Shown piece after piece: positions 57,301-64,000 of a stretch of DNA of 64,000 bases. The notes beneath the pieces are model-generated. The model was not told where the DNA came from and did no database searches. It saw only the letters and a list, made by a program, of their open reading frames with translations. The translations under genes were made by a program, and so were the position numbers. The DNA comes from a virus: the IMG/VR virus record IMGVR_UViG_3300044981_000078, positions 37,669 through 101,668 of that record. One strand, 5' to 3'. Numbering within the stretch: position 1 is the stretch's first letter; every line of letters begins with the position of its first letter.

Positions 57301-58009
57301 TCCATCCGGCTGCCGGTACGCCGGGTCCGCTTGTCCCAAACTGAGTAGTGTTTATTCCACTTACGTTAACAGAGTTTAACTGCAGCATTGTTCCGCTAGC
57401 GGCATTATAAATCAATCCCATCGTTGACCAAACTGTAGATGCCTGCCACTGTGTAGCCGCGCTACCGCTTGGGGTTACTACTACCGTAGGCGCAGAAACT
57501 GGAGAAACAATCCCCCAATTAAATGCCGGTCCGGGGGTACAATTCTGCAAAATAATTTTCTGAAGATCGACTCCGTCGCCGTAGTAAAGGGTGTCGGCTA
57601 CACCTTGATAATATCCTTGACCGGCACCAGCGGACTTAGTGAATATCTGAGTCTGAATCGTCGGGGTTTGAATATACGTAGCTGTTGCGGTATCCACAAC
57701 GACCTTAATTCCGCAGTCCAGGGTTCTCCAATCATAAAACCAGTTCGGCTGAGTTGGAACTACCTGATTGGACCACTGAGACGATCCCGGTCTACGGATC
57801 AAAGTAAGCGCGTTGCTTACTTCCATGTTACTGCCGTCAATTAAAGCGTCAACATATCCGCCGTAAAACTTAGAAATCACAAAGGCCGCAGGATCGTGAA
57901 GCGGACTACGATTTGTGAAGAGCCCAGTCTCTAGTCTCGCGATATGTATAGGCTTTCCGCGACTAGGATTCCTTGGCTGGGCTCCCTGAGACTCTAAAAG
58001 TGATGGCAT
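54365..58009 (-). CDS. tail tubular/nozzle-like protein with carbohydrate-binding-like inserts
   Basis: 1214 aa; LIRRPG N-terminus, beta-propeller-like C-terminus, TTTDGTVVW repeats. Confidence 0.6.
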   Translation of the reverse strand: MPSLLESQGAQPRNPSRGKPIHIARLETGLFTNRSPLHDPAAFVISKFYGGYVDALIDGSNMEVSNALTLIRRPGSSQWSNQVVPTQPNWFYDWRTLDCGIKVVVDTATATYIQTPTIQTQIFTKSAGAGQGYYQGVADTLYYGDGVDLQKIILQNCTPGPAFNWGIVSPVSAPTVVVTPSGSAATQWQASTVWSTMGLIYNAASGTMLQLNSVNVSGINTTQFGTSGPGVPAAGWNNTFGGTTTDNTILWRNYGAIIPWTANIVVNNWNTNFSKNRPVAVYDSVTKALYVNIATQFDTNGGGFGTGSVRPNFKPGVQQTTVDNQCLWLFVGIPAVWTTNTAFPGLNVPIGNPVLGNFEQATITEPISLKYGLPSQPVYWQFVENGHAGTTAASGIAPFASQIPTGGTFIPAGEIVGDNGDLLWLSLGSGTWAASTAYSQWTASGTTFSAIVDTNNNFQVCATTGQSQTIQPGTSFTLSAAANASGGNTVYTGTFSPTIPSGTPVTISGFTNASNNGTFNVIGCTAAQLTVANTGGVAEVHAATALYNPWGTGYGSTTTDGTVVWTCVGNSMDWAANTKWFLPSSGFFPPSGSSPYGGASVLDSNGDIEFIINSGLGGSPTHPTWAAIGHYTADGGTPLTLTQVTVSGTTATYTGTITGGGGNALAGKTFLIAGFTNAGNNVLIQVTASTATTLVCQFTSQVNEVHAGTATTGAIWYNLEAQTPPGFAVTKSISFAYSYESRTATDIYNTTAPPDWPSPLGPPTGSETGGISTASPITTITGPTPASVFVLSMPSSVDPQVDTIVIWATLDGGSTLFFLTEIPNIPPVGGVAQTQTVTISQSPFTGTGSLNTFIQAPINHQNDPPPAGFKPMAYHFERIWGAVGNFVYASGGPDVLAGNPNEAFNPDDFFEFPEPVTRIVPTATGILVFLTSDVYAILGGPVFNTFFPTPMVPGIGLLHYNALDIHGGVIYLFTADSQFIAMDPSGGAQRMGGPIADKLAGFDPNKVFVTVHESGNDNAIFVSNGSTGWYRLNPSQFPNGTPVWSPFAAITGGAGAVLSIEVSPGVHRLLIGGIGANSFILQRDFSTYQDNGTSYPCGFTMGSINLVSPGQIAGLTFVNVRATRVGTTPACSFLLNEVSGSFTSFPQAQAYPWQVFGATGQPSSIFSNAYYFRAAGVPALAEHMQVQVNFPAENFANEVLSLTIFGTIEQSPEL

Positions 58010-58016
58010 CTATGTT

Positions 58017-58160
58017 TTAAACTGTTTTTGCTGGCGTGGCTGATGATCCGGCAATCTGCTTCTGAAGCTCTGCGATCTGCTTCTGAAGCTCGGCAATCGT
58101 ATTCTTGTTCTGGTCATCTTGCTGCAACAAGAAACTGATTATTTGATCTCGGGTATTCAT
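58017..58160 (-). CDS. 47-aa coiled-coil protein (not in the ORF track)
   Basis: MNTRDQIISFLLQQDDQNKNTIAELQKQIAELQKQIAG...; TAATG-coupled, GGAG RBS. Confidence 0.55.
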   Translation of the reverse strand: MNTRDQIISFLLQQDDQNKNTIAELQKQIAELQKQIAGSSATPAKTV

Positions 58161-58393
58161 TATTTTGGCGCTCCATTTTGATCTAATTTATCCGCGTAGT
58201 TTGGGTCTCCGCGAAATCCTGGTTCTAGCTTTCTTTTAACTGCGGCCTTTAGCCGCCTTCCCCACTGAGGGTTACACGACTGACAAATCCAGGCGTCACA
58301 TAATCCACAATAAGAACATTGTTTTGATGTAGTATCGAAATCAAGTAACCGGCACACATCACACATCCGAACTTCAGTATTGGTTTGAATCAT
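58160..58393 (-). CDS. small Zn-finger protein
   Basis: CDVC..CSYCGLC..CQSC. Confidence 0.55.
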   Translation of the reverse strand: MIQTNTEVRMCDVCRLLDFDTTSKQCSYCGLCDAWICQSCNPQWGRRLKAAVKRKLEPGFRGDPNYADKLDQNGAPK

Positions 58394-58406
58394 AGTTATC
58401 TCATTT

Positions 58407-60242
58407 TTAAAACCAAAGAACAGAAGCCTGCACTCCTGCAAGTGTTTCTCCTGCTTGCGTTGTAAATTGCAAAGAAACCCTATCTCCTGCGTTTAAAGAA
58501 ACAAAATGAATTCCGTCTTGACAGTTTGTGCTGGTTCCTAGTGTACAAGTAATTGTGCTTGGCGATCCGTTTACTAAAACTGTAACAACCCCCGAAGAAG
58601 CATTAACACCTCCAGCGGAAGCTGTTGCCGTCAAAAAACCCAAAGTTCCGGTAGATTGGACTGGTGTCCCTGTTCCGATTACAGTACTAGTGCAAGTTGT
58701 GGTTGTTTGATTTGGTCCCGTGCCATATAACCCAAGGGTAGACGAAGAACTAGCTACTCCAGTGCAAATTCCCGAAAGATTACGACCTGTAGCAGAAACT
58801 AAAACTCCTGTACCTAAGTATGGAGCCGAACTAACGGGTAAGACATTACCTCCCTCATCAAAAACAGTTCCAAGATTATTAATACCCACCGCAGAGCCAC
58901 TTACAGCGCTAAGATCGACATTTTTCATATGCAATTTACCGCCACTTGCGACCCAAATTGCGTTACTGCCAGTTGCGGCGTTTTCAAAACGAGCGCCTAT
59001 CAACTCTACTTCAGAAGTAGCATCGACAAATAGAAGCGCAGGTTCTGTTCCCCCCGTCGGACCCCCGTTAAATCTAGTTCCGAAGAAGCGCACATTAGTG
59101 GAACCAATAGTATTCACACTTGCATGTGGATTTGATCCTGTTGCATTCCCTGTACTCACAATAATACCACCGTATATATTACAACTAATACAACCTTGCA
59201 AAGATAAAGCGTATCCCTGTGAATAAGCCAAAATAGGCGAATAAATATCTATATATGATGCCCCATTCGTGTTTTCAATGAGAGGTGTGTTTGACGACCC
59301 CAACGCAAAATTAGGTTGTAAATTTACATTAAAAAGTCTGGCTTCAGTTCCGACAATAATCATAACCATGTTAGACAAGCCGCTAAATCCAGCAACTTGA
59401 ATATCTTGTATAGTTGCTGCATTGTATATTAGTGCAGAAGGAGACGCTGCCCCATTAAAAATAGAGCCTAATGCAGTAACCGAAAAATAAGCAACTCTCG
59501 GCCATATATGAAAACCGGACGGTGTATTTGATGAACCGCCGGAAGGAACAAAATCATAAAGCATTCCGTGTGTATCTTGCATCCCGGCAAAATTATAACC
59601 GGGAGACATTACAAATACTGTTCCTGAGCCGTATCCTCCCGTACCCACTATTCCATAAGAACCTTTAGGATTTGCCGTCCCAGTAAAAACAAAAGGTTGT
59701 CCTGATACAAGCATCGCTCCGCCCGGTAAATATACTGTTAACCCACCATTCGCGACAGCATAGTTCCACGCGGCCTGAAGCTGCGCTGTGTCATCCGTGC
59801 CCACGCACAAAATATCATTAGTTTCGGTAGCTGTCGCGTTTACGTTAACAGTAGCAGAGATAGAAGACTGAACACTTAATATAGTACCAATTAATTTAGT
59901 TAAACCTGTGCCCGGATTAATTGTATAAATAGAGCGGCCCACATCTGCGGAAGTGAAAGCAATTGTATTTGACGTAACTACTGGCTGTCCGCTCGTTATT
60001 CCGCCGTCAGCGACCCATCGCGTATTTGCGCCTACTTGAAAACAGTTAGGCGATCCGCTGCACGCAGTAGAAACATAAACCACACCATTGGCACCGATTC
60101 CAGACCCAAAACCACCGTGTAGTGCTCCGGTACTATCGATCCAAGATACAGGATTTGCGCTACCTACTGTGCTTAACTGCAAAAAGTCTTGCCCAGGTTG
60201 AGTTAGCCACTCGTTCTGTGCTGTCAATGTTGGATTTGCCAT
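58407..60242 (-). CDS. tailspike with pectate-lyase-3-like beta-helix
   Basis: GTDDTAQLQAAW...TVYLPGG motif. Confidence 0.75.
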   Translation of the reverse strand: MANPTLTAQNEWLTQPGQDFLQLSTVGSANPVSWIDSTGALHGGFGSGIGANGVVYVSTACSGSPNCFQVGANTRWVADGGITSGQPVVTSNTIAFTSADVGRSIYTINPGTGLTKLIGTILSVQSSISATVNVNATATETNDILCVGTDDTAQLQAAWNYAVANGGLTVYLPGGAMLVSGQPFVFTGTANPKGSYGIVGTGGYGSGTVFVMSPGYNFAGMQDTHGMLYDFVPSGGSSNTPSGFHIWPRVAYFSVTALGSIFNGAASPSALIYNAATIQDIQVAGFSGLSNMVMIIVGTEARLFNVNLQPNFALGSSNTPLIENTNGASYIDIYSPILAYSQGYALSLQGCISCNIYGGIIVSTGNATGSNPHASVNTIGSTNVRFFGTRFNGGPTGGTEPALLFVDATSEVELIGARFENAATGSNAIWVASGGKLHMKNVDLSAVSGSAVGINNLGTVFDEGGNVLPVSSAPYLGTGVLVSATGRNLSGICTGVASSSSTLGLYGTGPNQTTTTCTSTVIGTGTPVQSTGTLGFLTATASAGGVNASSGVVTVLVNGSPSTITCTLGTSTNCQDGIHFVSLNAGDRVSLQFTTQAGETLAGVQASVLWF

Positions 60243-60244
60243 AA

Positions 60245-60961
60245 CTACCTCGACCCCTGGGCTTGAACGCCCTGTTGCGCCTTAGATTGAGTTACAAGCT
60301 GAGACGCGTTAAAGTTCATATATGCTGCCGCAAATAACGCCTTATCTGTTTCTGTCAACCCTGTCGCTCGGGCGAGCAATCCCGCGATACCACGAGCAAT
60401 ATATTGAGGTGCTCTAGGGTCTTGACACGAATCCATAAAGTACCCCAGGCACAAGTTGTTATATACGTCTGAAAATGAATCCGGAATCGGAGCCCAAAAA
60501 TCAGTCAACTGTGTAAATTGAACCGGAGCCTTCTGATAAACCATGTTAATTGTATAGCTCTGATCCGGAACTGCTGACAATCGAAACACAAAATTTGAGC
60601 TACCGTCGTCATTAAGAACTGATATAGACTGAGGACGGGCCTGGGTTGTTGATGACGCTAGAGACTCGCTATTCTTCACGTCCTTCAGTTCCCAGCTTGT
60701 TGTCCCGTCGTTGGCTGTTGCCTTCTCTAAGAATCCGAAATCTGTAATACTCTGACTATAGTCTTGCGTTCCCTGAACAACAGGTCCATTCAAATTCACA
60801 CTATTACGATTGAATCTCCAGGTAAACGGCGCAGCGAGAATAATGTTACGAACCAAGCTAGCTATGCCGACAATCGGCATGAGACTTACTCCGATAGACG
60901 CCTGCTGATACCGACAAAATGGAGTAATGTAGTTAACTGTATATTGAAGATTATTAGCCAT
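60245..60961 (-). CDS. head-tail adaptor / tail tubular protein A-like
   Basis: PFTWRFN, GTQDY, PDQSYTI..Y, PIPD. Confidence 0.65.
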   Translation of the reverse strand: MANNLQYTVNYITPFCRYQQASIGVSLMPIVGIASLVRNIILAAPFTWRFNRNSVNLNGPVVQGTQDYSQSITDFGFLEKATANDGTTSWELKDVKNSESLASSTTQARPQSISVLNDDGSSNFVFRLSAVPDQSYTINMVYQKAPVQFTQLTDFWAPIPDSFSDVYNNLCLGYFMDSCQDPRAPQYIARGIAGLLARATGLTETDKALFAAAYMNFNASQLVTQSKAQQGVQAQGSR

Positions 60962-60964
60962 AAA

Positions 60965-62056
60965 TTAGAAACCCTGACCCGGACCAGGGAACGGATACGC
61001 AGCGCCGCGCCATCCGGCACCTCGTGCGCCACCACCACGACTGAATATAGACTGATCCGGAACGAACATGTTCTCTTCAAGCTCGCGATCTTCTGCTGCC
61101 CGCAAATCGTTCAAACTCTTTAACCACAGTTGATAGTTCTTTTCAAACTTAGCCTGAACAGATGCAAGAGAGCTATATCGATAGCACTGAGCGATAATAC
61201 CTTGACGAAAGTATGGTTCGTACTTATCTGGAAACGGGTCCAAGGTGTCGGACAAACTTACAAACTGCTTAGCCGGTCGCTGACCTATCAAATTAAATTG
61301 AAATACTGCGCCGGTCTGTGACGGAACAGGGAGAACTCTGATTCCAATTCCGTTGGGGTCTACAACAGTCCACACTGTTGAACCATCGGGGGTGTTTGTT
61401 CCTGGGGCCGCTCCCGCAGGGGGCCAGTTCGGTTGAGTCGCGCCACACGTACCATATACGGTCACAACCTGAAGGTTACCGTTCGGGTCTTGAACTTGCG
61501 CGATAGGATTATTCGGCTGACTGTTAGAACTAGCGTTCAATGGATTAGTATAAATAGAACCGGGGCCTGGATTGTTACCGGTTGTAGGGCTGCCTTGATC
61601 TGTTCCGCCCCACGTACCGAAGTACAACATAAAATTTGGAAAATAATTGGCTATGAATGTCGGACTTCTCCAAGAACTAGGCTGGAGGAATGATCCCGTA
61701 GCTTGGGTTAGCTGACGACCGGTCTCCACGTATCCCCAAGCCTTCGAAATACTAGTGCTGGTCATATCGATGGCTATACCGCGAGACAGCCACTCGACCC
61801 CGTAAAAACTAGTTCCGTTGGGGTTTATCAAAGCATAATCTTGCTGCCAACTGTTGGTATAAAATAACGGGAGCTTTACTTCATTCCACTTATGGGGAAA
61901 CGGCAAACCCACGATATCATTGTAAACATCGGAACAAATCGAGATAAATGGTTCTAGCTGATATCCGCTCACGTTGTTTAAGACTGGATTCACGTCTCCC
62001 AAAGGAAGGACTCTATCAAGAATTTTCTGCAAAGTCAGTTTTGACTGCGAATTCAT
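60965..62056 (-). CDS. second adaptor-like virion protein with an inserted domain
   Basis: PFPHKWN, QQDY, PVPSQ, PFPDKY; insert containing TPDGSTVW. Confidence 0.6.
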   Translation of the reverse strand: MNSQSKLTLQKILDRVLPLGDVNPVLNNVSGYQLEPFISICSDVYNDIVGLPFPHKWNEVKLPLFYTNSWQQDYALINPNGTSFYGVEWLSRGIAIDMTSTSISKAWGYVETGRQLTQATGSFLQPSSWRSPTFIANYFPNFMLYFGTWGGTDQGSPTTGNNPGPGSIYTNPLNASSNSQPNNPIAQVQDPNGNLQVVTVYGTCGATQPNWPPAGAAPGTNTPDGSTVWTVVDPNGIGIRVLPVPSQTGAVFQFNLIGQRPAKQFVSLSDTLDPFPDKYEPYFRQGIIAQCYRYSSLASVQAKFEKNYQLWLKSLNDLRAAEDRELEENMFVPDQSIFSRGGGARGAGWRGAAYPFPGPGQGF

Positions 62057-62718
62057 GCCCCACCCCAACGAACTGCTGCACCGCGCTTACCTAGCTCTTT
62101 CAGACGAATTCTTTCTTTAGGGTCTTCAAATCGTTTCTTAGCTGCAATACTCATTTTTAAACGAGTTTCAGGAGACCACTGCTTTCCTTTATTCCAGATT
62201 GTTTCAGTCTCAAATCTTTTCTTCTGTGCCGGACCCATCTTTACACAAAGTTCTGGAGAATACTTCTTTCCTTTATTTGGTGGTACCTTACCCCTCCTAG
62301 CTACACTCATTTTTTCTTTAGTTTCTAAAGATACAACTACTCCTAAACGAGGACCGGGGCGTCCCTTGTGGGCTTCTGAATTTTTGCGATTAGATTCTTC
62401 TGTATGTTTGTGCCCCAAAAAACCACGAGTTATGTTTCCTTCTCCGCCATCTGTAAGATTTCTTAAACATCCTGTTCCTATATCAATACGACCCCAATTA
62501 TTAATAAGCTCTTTCTCTGTATCATATGCTTCTTGCTCAGAATCTCTAAACATAACAATAATTCTAGACTTATCAATGGGCGGCTGTATGTGACCACTGT
62601 GCTTTGTAAACGCACGAATACCTTTTCCTTTCCCTACATAATAAGGAGTCCCCGCAGGGTGTTCTCCGTCTTTATCCCTCATCCATAGATAGCAGTAAAA
62701 TTGAGTAGGACTAGCCAT
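62053..62718 (-). CDS. GIY-YIG-like homing endonuclease with NUMOD3 repeats
   Basis: YCY...PYYVGKG..R, E..LI, NLTDGGEG; HTEESNRKNS, SLETKEKMS, SPETRLKMS. Confidence 0.85.
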   Translation of the reverse strand: MASPTQFYCYLWMRDKDGEHPAGTPYYVGKGKGIRAFTKHSGHIQPPIDKSRIIVMFRDSEQEAYDTEKELINNWGRIDIGTGCLRNLTDGGEGNITRGFLGHKHTEESNRKNSEAHKGRPGPRLGVVVSLETKEKMSVARRGKVPPNKGKKYSPELCVKMGPAQKKRFETETIWNKGKQWSPETRLKMSIAAKKRFEDPKERIRLKELGKRGAAVRWGGA

Positions 62719-62803
62719 AGGTTTCTCTGGCTACAAAGGCAGGCTTACAGCCTGTCTAAGCAGTCTGTAAGTGGTTCAGGGATGGTATATCAAAAGGTCT
62801 CCT

Positions 62804-62828
62804 AAAAATTGGGGCTCCGAAGAGCCCC
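62804..62828 (-). terminator. intrinsic terminator
   Basis: GGGGCTC-TTCG-GAGCCCC-AATTTTT immediately after the 62834 stop. Confidence 0.75.
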
Positions 62829-62833
62829 TTTAA

Positions 62834-63373
62834 TTACTCTAAACTGCTGACTGAGTTTTCAATCGGTTGTGCGGCCATCTTTACTTCTGACGAGCTTGGG
62901 GTATTTGTAGACTGAGAGAGCATATCTAACGCCTCTCGCCATCCGATTCCGGTATGATTTTCTATCTTCTTACCCTTACGAACCAAATATTCTTTGGTAT
63001 CCTGATTACGCCACTTCGCTCCGCAAATTTGGCAGCGGATATAAGCGACATTATCTGTAAACGTATGGGCGTATACCGCGAAATCGATTCTAGGCCCCTT
63101 GATTCCCTTGCCGCCTTTCTTGTGGGTACATATTGCTTGAGCCTTATTTTTCTCAGCAACATTATACTCAGCATTGATACGGCGCTGTTCATCACGAACC
63201 TGGTTAGCTCGCTGTTTCTCTTGACGCTCTTCCAAAGCCGCCTGTCGCTCTGACAATAACAATTGGACGAGCAACTGCAATGTAGCGGCATCAGACGGTA
63301 CTGCTAACGTACCGGTTGGTACGCCTAGCGCTGGCACAGGGGTGCCCTGTCCAGGCTTAACTTGATCGTTCAT
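62834..63373 (-). CDS. Zn-binding late-region protein, paralog of 17802-18395
   Basis: CTHKKGG..HTFTDN..RCQIC. Confidence 0.7.
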   Translation of the reverse strand: MNDQVKPGQGTPVPALGVPTGTLAVPSDAATLQLLVQLLLSERQAALEERQEKQRANQVRDEQRRINAEYNVAEKNKAQAICTHKKGGKGIKGPRIDFAVYAHTFTDNVAYIRCQICGAKWRNQDTKEYLVRKGKKIENHTGIGWREALDMLSQSTNTPSSSEVKMAAQPIENSVSSLE

Positions 63374-63455
63374 ATTTTGCTCTTTAACAGGGCACGGCCC
63401 TGGTTCCGGTTGACCCCGGTAGGTAGGTTTTCAGCTTAAATACTGCTGTCAGATT

Positions 63456-64000
63456 TTAGTCCTGGTCTGCCCAGGTTGCAGAATCAACTGACTCGCGTCG
63501 ATTACGTAGCCAATGTAAATTCCGCCTAAACCTCCGGCTGACACTTCCGTCAACCGGACGACCGAAAATTTCATTAGCCCGATCTTCTGAGATAATTCCT
63601 TTCTCGATCAATTGCATCTCAACTGTGCGCCAACCGCGATACGCTTCTCCGGCGGGCAATCCGCGTTTGTCAAGCTGCAGGATCGACCATTCCCACATCG
63701 CGGGCGTTTGGAGAAAACACACGTATGTAAGTTTGTCCGTTCCTGGCTTTAGCGCCCACAGTGCGACGGTCGCTTTGGGGAAGCCGTTGTCCACTGTGAA
63801 ACATTTAACGCCCGAGTTTCGTAACTTCTCGATGAAATCTCTAGTACGCCACGGATTCGTTTTCCGAGCTATTTCATTGATTAGCTCTTCCTGCCGCTCC
63901 ATTTTGTAACGAAATGCCATCTTATCTGAAATTTCTTTTTCAGCGAGTATAGTCTCTTGAGCGAATGCTTTATAATCGCGAGGAAACCGAAATTTCAGAT
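63456..64000 (-). CDS. hypothetical late-region protein (probably 5'-truncated by the window)
   Basis: Frame appears open to the window edge. Confidence 0.55.
   Translation of the reverse strand, partial: LKFRFPRDYKAFAQETILAEKEISDKMAFRYKMERQEELINEIARKTNPWRTRDFIEKLRNSGVKCFTVDNGFPKATVALWALKPGTDKLTYVCFLQTPAMWEWSILQLDKRGLPAGEAYRGWRTVEMQLIEKGIISEDRANEIFGRPVDGSVSRRFRRNLHWLRNRRESVDSATWADQD

Noticed and set aside
62053-62800. Group I intron around the homing endonuclease
   Set aside because: Flanking genes appear intact and no intron core was recognisable; the same applies at 53905-54357
63380-63450. c-di-GMP-like riboswitch (CCGGTAGGTAG)
   Set aside because: The match is on the non-coding strand and lacks the rest of the consensus; only two small hairpins are present
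1-64000. Alternative genetic code
   Set aside because: Long conserved genes read intact in the standard code with tight stop-start coupling

Overview
The window is about 64 kb of a tailed dsDNA phage genome, probably temperate and podovirus-like. The host may be an Acidobacterium-like diderm, which is inference only. The + strand (1-39370) carries replication and nucleotide genes: DEDDh exonuclease, GroES, SSB-like protein, PrimPol-helicase, ThyX, class II RNR, MazG-like protein, PolA, an annealase, UvrD and a RecB-like nuclease. A long accessory tract follows, driven by a series of TTGACA sigma70 promoters. It converges at about 39.4 kb with a - strand virion block: a giant multidomain ejection protein, other ejection proteins, a GNAT, tail spikes/fibres, adaptors and two homing endonucleases. 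Highlights: (1) a complete IS1595 element (22-bp TIRs, 8-bp TSD) whose cargo is its own promoter, an aberrant tRNA-Gly-like RNA and a Mom-family DNA-modifying enzyme, a candidate mobile tRNA-fuelled DNA hypermodification cassette; (2) Ro60/TROVE preceded by two tandem Y RNAs, one a permuted tRNA mimic, among DHH, KTSC and metallophosphoesterase genes; (3) a NARP1-type NAD+ reconstitution pair; (4) a 1983-aa virion polyprotein with duplicated M41-like zincins and a C-terminal glycosylase-like domain, followed by a small acidic unannotated ORF. All calls come from motif recognition by eye; no searches were run.
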